Of a stretch of 55,607 nucleotides of DNA, positions 1 through 9,675 are shown one piece after another. The position numbers and the translations under genes were made by a program. Position 1 is the first letter of the stretch. Each line of letters opens with the position of its first letter. This DNA is from Candidatus Limnocylindria bacterium (lineage in GTDB: Bacteria; Chloroflexota; Limnocylindria; P2-11E), in the NCBI GenBank assembly GCA_041496945.1, contig JBGQFO010000004.1, positions 1 to 55,607 on the forward strand, written 5' to 3'. Below the pieces are notes generated by a model. It did no database searches. It was not told where the DNA came from and worked only from the letters and a program-made list of their open reading frames with translations.

Positions 1-316
1 CGCCGCTCCTCGCGATCGCCGCCGCGCCGTTCTTCGCCTCAGCTTGGCCCGATCCGCTTGCGAGGTGGCGGACGAGCGACGAGCCCGCCGGCGAGCGGCC
101 GGGGCACTCCCTCGACGAGCGTCTGCGCCCAGCGCGCCCGACCGCCAAAGGACCCGCCGGACCCGCGGGCGCGCGTAGCCAGCAGCGAGGACAGGGGCTG
201 CCCGGACGCTCCGCCGGCGCGCTCATCGGTGCGCTCATCCCTCGTCCGCCATCGGGCAAGCGGATCGGGCCAGGCCGACGCGAAGAACGGCGCGGCGGCG
301 ATCGCGAGGAGCGGCG
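1..316. repeat. Imperfect inverted repeat: 1-76 pairs with 316-241 (weaker to about 97/220)
   Basis: The reverse complement of 241-316 matches 1-76 with 6 mismatches. The + strand from nt 3 reads PLLAIAAAPFFASAWPDPLARWRT, the same peptide the minus-strand gene encodes at about 316-243. Confidence 0.9.
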
Positions 317-1175
317 TGTGCCGCGCCGCCGTGAGCGCGACGAACGCCACGGGGACGAGGAGCGCGGCTTCGCGCAGCGTCGCGCGTCGGCCGAGCATCG
401 CCGTCGCAACGACCAGACCGAGCGTCACCAGGAAGAGCAGCCCGGGGAGCGTCCGCGCATCGGGCACGCCTTCCTCGGCGACGAAGCGCGGCGGGATCAG
501 GAAGTGGCCACCCGACGACGTCCACGCCGCCAGCCCGGAGGGCGTGAGCAGCGTGACGAGCACCGCGAACGCGGCGATCGGCGCGAAGCGCCAGCGATCG
601 CGTGTCGACTCGAGCGCGCGCGCCGCGCATGACGCGAGGATCAGGCCGAGGCCGAGCGCGAAGGAGCCGTGCAGCTGCGACCAGATCAGGAGCAGCGGGA
701 TGGTCCAGAGGAGCTCGCGGTCGCCGCCACGCAGGAGGCGAACCAGGACCGCGAAGCACACCAGGCCGAGCAGCTCCGGGCGGTCCGTCCACGCGAAGCG
801 CGAGAGCGCGATCGCCGGCAACGCCGCGGCGACGACGACGATCGGCCGGCCCGGGCGGGCGTGCCGCGCGGCCTCGATGACGGTCGCGACGAGCGCCGCG
901 ACGGCGAGAGCGCGAAGCGCGAGGACGCCGCGCCAGTCGCCGAGCGCGCGCGCGACCGCGAGGAGCAGATCGCCGAGCCACTGATCGACGAGGACCGGCC
1001 CCCCGGCGACCGTCCATGAGAAGACGTCGGCGCGCGGGAGGTCGCCGCCGAGCGTGCGCCGCCCGGTCTCGAGGTGCCAGAAGAGGTCCGAGTCCGACAC
1101 CGGCTGGAGCGTGGCGAGCGCGCCGAACGCCGCGCCGAGCGCGAGCGCGAGCGCCGAGACGCGCGCGAACGTCAA
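39..1175 (-). CDS. GT-C-like polytopic membrane protein (SDSDLFWHL family), 3' end probably truncated or chimeric
   Basis: N-terminal TM then QPVSDSDLFWHLETG...DVFSWT...WLGD, DRPE and QLHGSF motifs shared with the neighbouring paralog. TTG start at 1175 overlaps the upstream TGA (TTGA). It lacks the paralog's C-terminal domain. Confidence 0.75.
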   Translation of the reverse strand: MTFARVSALALALGAAFGALATLQPVSDSDLFWHLETGRRTLGGDLPRADVFSWTVAGGPVLVDQWLGDLLLAVARALGDWRGVLALRALAVAALVATVIEAARHARPGRPIVVVAAALPAIALSRFAWTDRPELLGLVCFAVLVRLLRGGDRELLWTIPLLLIWSQLHGSFALGLGLILASCAARALESTRDRWRFAPIAAFAVLVTLLTPSGLAAWTSSGGHFLIPPRFVAEEGVPDARTLPGLLFLVTLGLVVATAMLGRRATLREAALLVPVAFVALTAARHTPLLAIAAAPFFASAWPDPLARWRTRDERTDERAGGASGQPLSSLLATRARGSGGSFGGRARWAQTLVEGVPRPLAGGLVARPPPRKRIGPS

Positions 1176-2575
1176 GGACGTGACAGCAGCACCCACCCCG
1201 TGCCGCTCGCGGCACGATGCCAGCCATCCTCGACGAGCGCGCCGGCGAGCGGACGATCCTGTCGCAGCAGGGCGTGCGCGATGTCCCACCGCTTCAGGAC
1301 GTCGCGGTAGCCCGGCGCGAGCGCGACGACGCGCTGGAAGTCGGCAAGCACGTCGGGCAGGAACAGCGCCTCACCGCGCCCATCGATGAACGTCGGATGT
1401 TCGGGCGCGTAACGGATGAGGTACCCACCCCAGTCGTACTCGTTCAGCACGTTCCCGCGCACGGATCGCAGCGTCTCGAGCGCGCCGGTCGGATACGCCG
1501 AGAGATCGGGCTGCGCCGGCGCCGCCGTCACGGTCTCGATCACAAGGACGGACGCGAGCACGAGGATCGCGACGAGCGCCGCCGTCCGCGGCACGAGGGG
1601 AGAGACGACGCGCGCGCGGCCAAGCGCGTCCGGGAGCATCGCCGCGACAAAGGGCGCGAGGACCATGCCGGCGTACGGCGTCTCGCGCTGGATCGCGAGC
1701 GCCAGGATGCTGAAGATCGCGATGAGGCCAGGCCAGAGGAGCGGCGCGCCGAGCCGCGCGGCGACGGCCTCACGGCCGCGAAGCATCGCCGCGGCCAGCG
1801 CGGCGAGCAGCAGCGCCGCGAACACGAGGCCCGCGCCGCTGAGCACGTCGAGCGGACGGTCCTCCACGATCCAGCCGGGCAGCAGCGCCCCGTACGCGGC
1901 GGCGCGGCCGAGCGCGCCGGCGCCGGCGGGGTTCAGCTGCGTCGCGAGCAGGCTGGTGACAAGGACGAGCGGCAGCTGATAGCGAGCCGGGGGCGCGGCC
2001 TCGAGCAGGGCGTCGACGGCGAAGATCGCCAGGGCCACGAGGCCGATGACGAAGGCGTTATGAGTGTTCGCCCACAGCAGGAACACGAACGGCACCGCGG
2101 CGAGCCGCCGGATCCGTCCCTCCAGCCGCGCCGCGAACAACAGGTCGAGCACCAGCGGGAAGAGCGCGAGGGTGAACAGCTGTGGACGATCGCCCCACAC
2201 CATCCGCGAGACGAGGATCACGCCGACCACCGGCACGACGGCCCAGCCCGCGTGCGGCTGCACGCGCAGCGTGACGCGCGCGGTGAAGAACGCCGCGAGC
2301 CCCACGAGCAGCGCGCGCAGCGCGTCGAGCCCGACCCACCCCCCGGCGCGATAGACGAGCGCCATGACGACGTCCCCCAGCCACGCACCGGTGTTGTACG
2401 GCGTGCCGGTGCGCGTGAACGACCACAGGTCGTGGTCGAGGATCTGCCCGTGATCGAGCGTCCACTCGCCGCTCTGCAGATGCCAGAAGAGATCGGAGTC
2501 GCTCGGTACCTGCAGCAGCGCGAACGCGGCGGCGAGGGCGCCGAGGAAGATGGCGGTCAGCGTCGTCGCTCGCAT
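1172..2575 (-). CDS. GT-C-like polytopic membrane protein (SDSDLFWHL family), putative glycosyltransferase, 467 aa
   Basis: MRATTLTAIF...VPSDSDLFWHLQSG...DLWSFT...WLGD, DRPQLF, many TMs, and a C-terminal NEYDWGGYLI...FIDGR extracytoplasmic domain. ATG at 2575. Confidence 0.8.
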   Translation of the reverse strand: MRATTLTAIFLGALAAAFALLQVPSDSDLFWHLQSGEWTLDHGQILDHDLWSFTRTGTPYNTGAWLGDVVMALVYRAGGWVGLDALRALLVGLAAFFTARVTLRVQPHAGWAVVPVVGVILVSRMVWGDRPQLFTLALFPLVLDLLFAARLEGRIRRLAAVPFVFLLWANTHNAFVIGLVALAIFAVDALLEAAPPARYQLPLVLVTSLLATQLNPAGAGALGRAAAYGALLPGWIVEDRPLDVLSGAGLVFAALLLAALAAAMLRGREAVAARLGAPLLWPGLIAIFSILALAIQRETPYAGMVLAPFVAAMLPDALGRARVVSPLVPRTAALVAILVLASVLVIETVTAAPAQPDLSAYPTGALETLRSVRGNVLNEYDWGGYLIRYAPEHPTFIDGRGEALFLPDVLADFQRVVALAPGYRDVLKRWDIAHALLRQDRPLAGALVEDGWHRAASGTGWVLLSRP

Positions 2576-2577
2576 CG

Positions 2578-4098
2578 CTACTGCGTGCACCGGAGGTCGA
2601 GCGCGCCGGTGACCGGGAAGATCTTCACCGGCCCGCGCTCGATCGGTGCGCCGAGCCACGCGGGTCGCGCGACGCCGCGGTAGAGATCGTCGTACGCGCG
2701 GAAGTGCGCCTCCTCGAGCACGATCGAGCGCGCCTGTGCCGTCGCGAGCACGCACGCTGCGACGTCGAGGCCGTCGGCCGGCGTGACCAGCACGCTGCGC
2801 CCGGAGAGCCAGCGCCACGCGGCCGCGTCGATCGCCAGGAACGGGCCGTCCGGGATGGCGTCGACCGCCGCCGCGCGCACGCGGGCGCCGCCATTGAACG
2901 AGAGGTCCCACTGCGCGAGCGCGCCCACCGAGAGGGCCGCGACGAGCACGGCCGTGCCCAGAGCCCAGACGTTCGCGACCGCAGGCCGTCGGGTCGCGAG
3001 CATCCGCTCGCCGCCGGCCATGGCGATCGCCACACCGAAGGGGAAGAAGGCGGCGAGCGAATGGAAGTACGACCCGCGCGTCGAATGCAACGTCCACACC
3101 AGCGACTGCGCGGCGAAGATCGCCAGGCCGAGCAGCGCCCACGCCCGCACCTCGAGCCGCGACCAGAGATCGCGCATGCCGCGGCCCAGCGGGAGCACCA
3201 GCAGGAGCGCGAAAGCGAAGCCGAACGTCACGGTGTTCGCGACGAGCGCGCCACCCTTGGCGGCGAGCGCGTCGCCCGGCGAAGCGAGGAACGCGTCGAG
3301 CGTCGGCGAGCGGAGCGCGAAGAAGTCCTCATAGCGAACGAGCAGCGCGGCGCGCGCGAGAAGGTCGGACGGCATGCCGACCGAAGCGTTCCGAGCGAGC
3401 CAGGCACCGCCGATGGCGAGGGCGACGAAGGCCGCGGCGAGGCCCGCACGACGGCTCGGCGTCCGCAGCGCGAGAGCGACGAGCGCGAGGCCGAAGAGCG
3501 CGGCTTCTGCCCGCGCGAGATAAAGGAGGCCGACGAGAAGACCCGCGCCGAGGCCGGCCGGTACCGAGCCCGCCGCCGCGGATCGGTAGAAGAGAAAGAA
3601 GAGCGCGCCGAGGAAAGCGGCGGGCGCGAAGCCGTCGAGGCTGACCCAGGCCGGCGCGAACAGGCCACCGAGGCCGACGACGACCGCGCCGAGGAGCGCG
3701 GCGCGGTCGGACGCCCCGAGCGCCCGCACGCAGAGATAGGTGGCGGCGGGCACGAATGCGGCGACGAGGACGATGGCCGCCTGCGCCGCGCGGAACTCGC
3801 CGAGGAGCGGCCCCAGCGCGGCGATCCCGGTGCCCTGCAGCACCGTCGCGAGCGGCATCCAGAACTTGTGGCTCACGATCGGCAGAGTCCCGAGCTCGAG
3901 CGGATTCCACACGAAGTCGGCGCTGAGGCCCGCGCCGTGCGCGAAGCGATCGGCGACGTCGACGTAGTAGTAGGCGTCGGTGTACCCGGGTTGCGCCACC
4001 ACGAGCGCGGTGGCCACGCGCACGAGGAGAAAGACACCCGTCAGCAGGGCGAGCCGCCGGGAGCCAGCGTCCTGCATCAGCGTGGCGAGTCTAGACAC
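2578..4098 (-). CDS. GT-C membrane glycosyltransferase (GT39/ArnT/PMT_2-like)
   Basis: First loop PGYTDAYYYVDVA, then WMPLA, YLARAE, and multiple TMs. Start is GTG 4098 (or ATG 4077). Confidence 0.75.
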   Translation of the reverse strand: MSRLATLMQDAGSRRLALLTGVFLLVRVATALVVAQPGYTDAYYYVDVADRFAHGAGLSADFVWNPLELGTLPIVSHKFWMPLATVLQGTGIAALGPLLGEFRAAQAAIVLVAAFVPAATYLCVRALGASDRAALLGAVVVGLGGLFAPAWVSLDGFAPAAFLGALFFLFYRSAAAGSVPAGLGAGLLVGLLYLARAEAALFGLALVALALRTPSRRAGLAAAFVALAIGGAWLARNASVGMPSDLLARAALLVRYEDFFALRSPTLDAFLASPGDALAAKGGALVANTVTFGFAFALLLVLPLGRGMRDLWSRLEVRAWALLGLAIFAAQSLVWTLHSTRGSYFHSLAAFFPFGVAIAMAGGERMLATRRPAVANVWALGTAVLVAALSVGALAQWDLSFNGGARVRAAAVDAIPDGPFLAIDAAAWRWLSGRSVLVTPADGLDVAACVLATAQARSIVLEEAHFRAYDDLYRGVARPAWLGAPIERGPVKIFPVTGALDLRCTQ

Positions 4099-5326
4099 GC
4101 GGCCTGCGGAGCAGGTCCTCCACGAACGCGGCGACGCCGATCCCGAGGAACGGTCGCGCGGGGAGCGAGAAGCGACCCTCTGCCCAGAGCGGGTATGAGA
4201 GGAGCCACGTCGCGACGATGATGAGGAGCGGGACCGCGAACGCTCCCCCGCCGCGCCGCGCGAGCCGCGCCGCGCCGACCAGTCCCACGCCGAGCAGCAT
4301 GAGGTTGGCGAATACCCAGATCGCCGTGACCGCGGCACCGGCGTGCTCGGGGCGGACCGGGATGTCGCCGGCCCACAGCTGGACCGAGCGCGTGATGCCG
4401 CGCGCCAGGAAGCCGAGTGGATCGTGCGCGATGAGCGCGAGCGCACGCGCGCGCAGCTCGTCGTCGAGCGCCACGAACGCCTGTGCCTGCGCGACCCGAT
4501 CCGCCGTCGCGTCGAAGGAGGCCAGCGCGGCGCGCCCCGAGTCCGCCTGCGCCCGCTCCGTCGGGTCCAGCGTGGTCTCATCCAGACCTTGGAAATACCC
4601 GAGCCACAGCTGCGCCCCGGTGCTGCCGACCAACGGTCGACCGAAGGCCCGCTCGGTGTACGCGACGTAGGGCGAGACTGCGACGACGAAGGTCACGGCC
4701 GCGACGGCCAGCGCCGCTGCGAGCGCGCGGGCGCCCTGCCGCCGCGAGACCGCGAGCGCGGTGAGCGGCAGAGTGAACACGAGGAACGGACGCACCAGCG
4801 TCGCCGCGGCGGCGAACGCGCCGGACGCGACGCCGGTGAGCGCGCGTGGCGCGAGCGCGAGGGTGGACGCGACCGTCGCGACGCCGAGCACCGTCGCGAG
4901 CAGATCGGAGAGCGTGTGCGCCGCGAAGAACGCGTAGGCCGGGTTCAGCGCGACCAGCCCGGCGGCGATCCGCGCCCCGCGCGCCCCAACGAGGGGCGCC
5001 GCCAGACGTGCGACGAGGAGCACGAGCGCACCGAGCAGGAACGCCTGCACGATCGTGACGAGCCACGGCGAGCAGCCGGCGGCGCACAGCGGCGCCAGGA
5101 AGAGCGGATAGCCGGGAAAGCGAAGCGGCTCGGGGATGAACGCCTCGCCGCCGGTCGCCCGCGTGTACTCCCCACGATCGACGAGGCCGCGCGCGAGCGC
5201 GACGTACTGCACCTTGTCGTCGCGGCTCGGATCCCACTCCGGCGCGAGGTACGCGCCGTACGCGATCGCGAGCGCCATCGCCGCGAGCGCGAGTGCGAGC
5301 ACGACGCGGTCCTGTCGGGCGAGCAC
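4091..5326 (-). CDS. GT-C membrane glycosyltransferase (GT39/ArnT/PMT_2-like), 411 aa
   Basis: First loop RDDKVQYVALARGL...EPLRFPGYPLFLA, then TLSDLL, LVRP, and terminal EGRFSLP. Confidence 0.8.
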   Translation of the reverse strand: MLARQDRVVLALALAAMALAIAYGAYLAPEWDPSRDDKVQYVALARGLVDRGEYTRATGGEAFIPEPLRFPGYPLFLAPLCAAGCSPWLVTIVQAFLLGALVLLVARLAAPLVGARGARIAAGLVALNPAYAFFAAHTLSDLLATVLGVATVASTLALAPRALTGVASGAFAAAATLVRPFLVFTLPLTALAVSRRQGARALAAALAVAAVTFVVAVSPYVAYTERAFGRPLVGSTGAQLWLGYFQGLDETTLDPTERAQADSGRAALASFDATADRVAQAQAFVALDDELRARALALIAHDPLGFLARGITRSVQLWAGDIPVRPEHAGAAVTAIWVFANLMLLGVGLVGAARLARRGGGAFAVPLLIIVATWLLSYPLWAEGRFSLPARPFLGIGVAAFVEDLLRRPRV

Positions 5327-5335
5327 CGCAGTGAC

Positions 5336-5397
5336 GGTAGCAACCTACCCGGGAGCCGCGATAGCGGCTCCCGAAGTACAGGCCGAGCAGGCTCGGC
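5336..5397. promoter_or_regulatory. Three consecutive palindromes in a divergent intergenic region
   Basis: GGTAG-CAAC-CTACC (5336-5349), CGGGAGCCGC-GATA-GCGGCTCCCG (5350-5373), GCCGAGC-AG-GCTCGGC (5382-5397). Confidence 0.6.
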
Positions 5398-5412
5398 TCG
5401 TATGCTTCGGCC

Positions 5413-6561
5413 GTGCGTCGCGGACGCGTCGCAGCCGTCGCCGCCGCGGCACTCTACGCGGGCGTCGTGCTCGCGGCCTGGTCCAGCGTCCAGGACGTCA
5501 ACGATTACGCGGGACTCGTCGCGGGCGCGCGCGCGATCCTCGCCGGCGAGTCCCCCTACGACCCCACGACGTGGCCGACCGCGTGGGAGCGACTGGGGAC
5601 CCAGCGGCCCGACACGAGCGTGTACGGATATCCGGCGTGGATCGCGCTCGCGTTCGTGCCGCTCGCGCCCCTGCCCATCCCGCTCGGTTCGCTCGTCTTC
5701 ACCATCGGTACGCTAGCGCTCGCGGCGATCACGGCCCGGGCGCTCGCGCGTCAGGTGGGCGCGGCACCAGGCCCTGCGCTGCTGCTCGCGACCGTGAGCT
5801 GGCCGGCCTTTCTCGTCTTCCTGCAGGGTCAGTGGGACTACCTGCTGTTCGCGCTCGCGGTCGCCGTCTATCTCGACCTCGCGAAGCGGCGTGACGGACG
5901 CGCCGGCGTGTGGTGGTCGCTCGCGCTCCTCATCAAACCCCAGCTCTTCGTCCTCGGATCGCTGGCCCTTGCGGCGTGGCTCGCGCGCGAGCGGCGCTGG
6001 CGCGCGACCCTTACCGCCGCGGCGATCGGCCTCGTCGCGGCGATCGTGTCCGCGATCGCCCTCCCCGGCTGGTGGACACCATGGCTCGGCGCGGTCGCCT
6101 CGCGCCGCCTGGTGCGCTCGACGCAGCAGCCAACGTTCGCGGGCCTGGCGGGCGACATCGCGGGCGACGCCTGGCCGGTGCTCTGGGGCCTGGCCATCGC
6201 CGCGCTCGCCATCCTGATCGTGTGGGCCGCGCGTCGATCGCCGACGCGGGGCGGCGCGGTCGCGTTCTCGGGCTTCCTCGCGCTCTCGGTCGGCGGCGCG
6301 CTCTACTCCTGGAGCTACGACCAGTACCTCTGCCTCGCCGGCGGGATCGTGGCCGTCGGCGTGGCAAGCAGCGGTCCGCGTGGGATCGCGATCACCGCCG
6401 CGACGGGCGTGCTCTTCCTTCCGCTCGCGCTCCTGCTCTGGCTCTCGGCGTTCGCGCGATATCACGACACCGGCTCGGGGCTTGTGCCGGCACTCACGAT
6501 CCTGCTGCTCGTCGCGGCCGTCGGCGTGCGCGCCCGGCTCCGGGGCGCATCGCCGACCTAG
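5413..6561 (+). CDS. GT87/DUF2029-family membrane glycosyltransferase, 382 aa
   Basis: VNDYAGLVAGARAILAGESPYD...YGYP, LQGQWD, LIKPQ, YSWSYD. TATGCT sits 6 nt before the GTG. Confidence 0.85.
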   Translation: MRRGRVAAVAAAALYAGVVLAAWSSVQDVNDYAGLVAGARAILAGESPYDPTTWPTAWERLGTQRPDTSVYGYPAWIALAFVPLAPLPIPLGSLVFTIGTLALAAITARALARQVGAAPGPALLLATVSWPAFLVFLQGQWDYLLFALAVAVYLDLAKRRDGRAGVWWSLALLIKPQLFVLGSLALAAWLARERRWRATLTAAAIGLVAAIVSAIALPGWWTPWLGAVASRRLVRSTQQPTFAGLAGDIAGDAWPVLWGLAIAALAILIVWAARRSPTRGGAVAFSGFLALSVGGALYSWSYDQYLCLAGGIVAVGVASSGPRGIAITAATGVLFLPLALLLWLSAFARYHDTGSGLVPALTILLLVAAVGVRARLRGASPT

Positions 6562-6571
6562 ACTCGGCGCG

Positions 6572-7315
6572 ATGCTCGTGACGATCGCGATGCCGGCCTT
6601 CGATGAGGCGCCGAACATCACCGCGGTGGCCGGCGACGCCCTCGCGGCGCTCGCCGCTTCCGGCGACGACGGAGAGCTCCTGCTCGTCGACGACGGCAGC
6701 ACCGATGGGACCTCCGCTCTCGCCGACGAGATCGCGGCGCATGACCCGCGCGTGCGGGTCATCCACCACCGGACGAATCGCGGATTCTCCGGCGCCATGA
6801 CCACCGCGCTGCGTGAGGCGCACGGCGAGTGGGTCTTCCTCGTCCCGGCCGACGGACAGATCGCGATGGCCGAGCTCTCGCGCTTCCTCGCCGCGCGTGC
6901 CGACGCCGACATCGTCGTCGGCGTGCGCAATCGCCGGACCGAGCGCGTCGGTCGAGTGATCCTTTCGCGCGCGTTCCACCGGATCGCGAAGGCGCTCTTC
7001 CCGCTTCCGCTCGAGGAGTTCAGCTCGGTCTTCCTGTTCCGCAGCGCGCTGGTCAGCGCGATGCCCATCCGCTCACGTTCGCGGTCGGCGACCTTCCTGC
7101 CCGAGGTCCTCTACCGCGCGAACGCCCGCCACGCCCGGTTCGTCCAGCTGCGCATCGATCCCCGCCCGCGCATGGGCGGCCGGGCCAAGGGCGGTCAGCT
7201 CTCCGTCGCGCTGCTCACGCTCATCGAGCTCATGCGCCTGGCGCCACTCGTCCGCTGGGACGAGCTGCGGACACGGCGCCCGACGACGCCCGCGGTGCGC
7301 GTGCCGCCGCGCTGA
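6572..7315 (+). CDS. GT2 glycosyltransferase (polyprenol-phosphate sugar synthase-like), 247 aa
   Basis: MLVTIAMPAFDEAPNI...VDDGSTDGT...HRTNRGFSGA...PADGQ. TAGACT sits 7 nt before the ATG. Confidence 0.88.
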   Translation: MLVTIAMPAFDEAPNITAVAGDALAALAASGDDGELLLVDDGSTDGTSALADEIAAHDPRVRVIHHRTNRGFSGAMTTALREAHGEWVFLVPADGQIAMAELSRFLAARADADIVVGVRNRRTERVGRVILSRAFHRIAKALFPLPLEEFSSVFLFRSALVSAMPIRSRSRSATFLPEVLYRANARHARFVQLRIDPRPRMGGRAKGGQLSVALLTLIELMRLAPLVRWDELRTRRPTTPAVRVPPR

Positions 7316-8438
7316 CAAGAAGGGCGGTCAGCGCCGGGACCAGTGCCGACAGCGTCTCGGTCTCTCGTGCGAAGGCGAGCAGGTAGAGGATCCAGGTGAG
7401 CGATGACCCGACCGCGATGAGCGCGTAGCGAAGGGCGCGAGCCGGGGCCGGTGCGAGTCGCTCGGCGCGCGCGAGCACGAACGCCCACGGCAGCGCGAGC
7501 ACGACGAAGTCGTAGCTCCAGGCGTACGGCGTGGCGAAGAGCGAGAGCGGGACGGCGAGGGACAGGAGGGCGACGCGGTCCCGCGGCACGCCTCGTGCCA
7601 GCCAGAGGCAGAGCGCGACGAGGCCGGCGACGAGCGGCACGCCCCACGCGAGCGATCCGAGATCGTGGGCCGCGATCCCCCACGCGGTCGCGTATTCGGC
7701 CGCGTGTCCGATCTGCCGTCCGAAGAGCTCGTTCAGCCATTCGCTCGGCCACGCCGGGCGGACCGGGAGCGAGAGCGCGAGGAGCGCGAGCGCCGCCGCG
7801 CCGCCGCCGACGAGGAACCGCCACTCACGTGCGATGAGCGCGCGAAGGGCCACGACGATGGCCGCGATCGCGAGCACGTTCGGCTTGAGCGCGACGAGCG
7901 CGAGCGCCGCGCCGGCCCAGCCCTCACGCCGGCGCGCCGTCGCGTACGCCGAGAGCGCGATCCCAAGCGCGAGCACGCCACTGGGCTGACCACCCGCGAT
8001 CATCAGCCAGAACGGCTCGGATCCCACGACGACGGCGATGAACAGTGGCGCGCCGCGCGTCGAGCCACCGGCCGCACGCCACGCGAGCGCGACCGCGGCG
8101 AGCGCCGCCGTCAGTGAGAGGGCCAGCCAGAGCGACGAGGCCCACTCGAGCGGAAGTATCCCCAGCGGCAGCAGCAGCACTGCGGTGAAGAGCGGATACG
8201 CATACCGGACCTTGCAGATGGGCTCACCCGACGGTGTTCGCGCGTCGACGGACACGCGGTCGGTCTCGGCGCACCAGCGATGCTCGTCGTAGGGGTCGAT
8301 GCCCGCGGCGACCAGGCGCGCGCCGGACCAGAGGGCGTAGAAGTCGCGGGCGCGGTAGTGGTCCGACGCCGCGGCGCCGAGGGCGCCCGTCACGAGCACG
8401 AGCGCGGCGACGAGCGCGCCGAGGAGGGCACGCCTCAC
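7230..8438 (-). CDS. GT87/DUF2029-family membrane glycosyltransferase
   Basis: ARDFYALWSGARLVAAGIDPYD...YAYP, GGQ, LKPN, YAWSYD. GTG start at 8438 in a GTGA overlap. Confidence 0.85.
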   Translation of the reverse strand: MRRALLGALVAALVLVTGALGAAASDHYRARDFYALWSGARLVAAGIDPYDEHRWCAETDRVSVDARTPSGEPICKVRYAYPLFTAVLLLPLGILPLEWASSLWLALSLTAALAAVALAWRAAGGSTRGAPLFIAVVVGSEPFWLMIAGGQPSGVLALGIALSAYATARRREGWAGAALALVALKPNVLAIAAIVVALRALIAREWRFLVGGGAAALALLALSLPVRPAWPSEWLNELFGRQIGHAAEYATAWGIAAHDLGSLAWGVPLVAGLVALCLWLARGVPRDRVALLSLAVPLSLFATPYAWSYDFVVLALPWAFVLARAERLAPAPARALRYALIAVGSSLTWILYLLAFARETETLSALVPALTALLVSAAARAPRASSGAVSAARPSGRVAPGA

Positions 8439-9637
8439 ACGACGCTCCAAGACGGTCCACTTGGGGACGGTCCACTCGGGGACCGTCCACTCGGGACGGC
8501 GAGCGGCGTCGTCCGCGCGGCGGACGCGGCGACGAGCGCGGTGAGCGCCGCCAGCGACGCGGACAGCGCCTCCTCGCCGCGGCCGAAGCTCACCGCATAC
8601 AGGACCCAGGGCAGCGCGACCGCGAGCGCGAGCCCGGCGAAGAGGAGAGCGCCGCGGATCCTGCCGGCGGATCGCCCGGCGCACGCGAGGATGAAGCCCC
8701 AGGCGACCGCGAGCACCAGGTAGTCATAGGTCCAGGCATACGGCGTCGCGAGCAGAGACAACGGGATCGTGAGAACGAATACCCTGGCCGGGTCGACGTG
8801 ACCTCTCGCGATGAGCGCGGCCAGGGCGACGACCGCGGCCAGGAGGATCACGCCCCAGGCAGGGTCGCCGACGGTCTGCGCCGCGAAACCCCACGCCGTC
8901 GGCATCTGTGAGATGACGCGCAGCCGGCGGCCGCCCACCTCGCCCAGCCACTCGACCGGCCACGCGTGGACGAACGCGAGCGGGACCGCGGTGAGGACGA
9001 GCGCGGCCGCGAGCGCGGCGAGGATGAACCGCCAGCGGCGCGCGACGAGGGCGCTCGCGAGGACCGCCGGGATGGCGAGGACGCTGGTCTGCGGCTTGAG
9101 CGCGAGCAGGACGAGCGACACGCCCCCCAGGCGCTCGCGTCCACGCGCAAGCGCCCACGCCGTGACGCCCGCGATGCCGAGCGTGAGCCCGCTGATCTGC
9201 CCGGAGAGCAGGAAGATCCAGAACGGCTGTGACATCACGACGGCGACGGCGAAGAGCGCGGCGTAGCGCCGTGTCCCGCCGAACGCCCGCCACGCCGCGG
9301 CCATCCCCAGGATCGACGCGCCGATCGACAGCGTCGTCCATGCGATCGAGGCCGGCTCGATGGGGAGCGCGCCGAGGGGCAGCAGCGCGACGGCCGTCCA
9401 CAGCGGGTACCCGTAGCGGCCCGGACACGGTGGCAGCACCATGCCGCCGCGCGGGTCCGGGTACAGACCGCCGGCCGCCGCCTGCCACGTCGCCTCGTCG
9501 TACGGATCGGCGCCCAGGGTGAGCGTTCGGGATCCCTGGTACAGGCAGAAGAAGTCCGCGGTCTGATACCAGAGCGCGCTGCGTGCGGCGAACGCGCCGA
9601 CGAGCACCAGCAGCGCGACGATCACGACGACCGACAT
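8435..9637 (-). CDS. GT87/DUF2029-family membrane glycosyltransferase, 400 aa
   Basis: TADFFCLYQGSRTLTLGADPYD...YGYP, SGQ, LKPQ, YAWTYD. Confidence 0.85.
   Translation of the reverse strand: MSVVVIVALLVLVGAFAARSALWYQTADFFCLYQGSRTLTLGADPYDEATWQAAAGGLYPDPRGGMVLPPCPGRYGYPLWTAVALLPLGALPIEPASIAWTTLSIGASILGMAAAWRAFGGTRRYAALFAVAVVMSQPFWIFLLSGQISGLTLGIAGVTAWALARGRERLGGVSLVLLALKPQTSVLAIPAVLASALVARRWRFILAALAAALVLTAVPLAFVHAWPVEWLGEVGGRRLRVISQMPTAWGFAAQTVGDPAWGVILLAAVVALAALIARGHVDPARVFVLTIPLSLLATPYAWTYDYLVLAVAWGFILACAGRSAGRIRGALLFAGLALAVALPWVLYAVSFGRGEEALSASLAALTALVAASAARTTPLAVPSGRSPSGPSPSGPSWSVV
8451..8495. repeat. 3 x 15-bp tandem repeat
   Basis: GACGGTCCACTTGGG / GACGGTCCACTCGGG / GACCGTCCACTCGGG, encoding PSGRS-PSGPS-PSGPS at the GT87 C-terminus. 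Confidence 0.9.
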
Positions 9638-9675
9638 GCGGGTACCGACCCCGCGGCGCCGGATCCGCTGGATCT

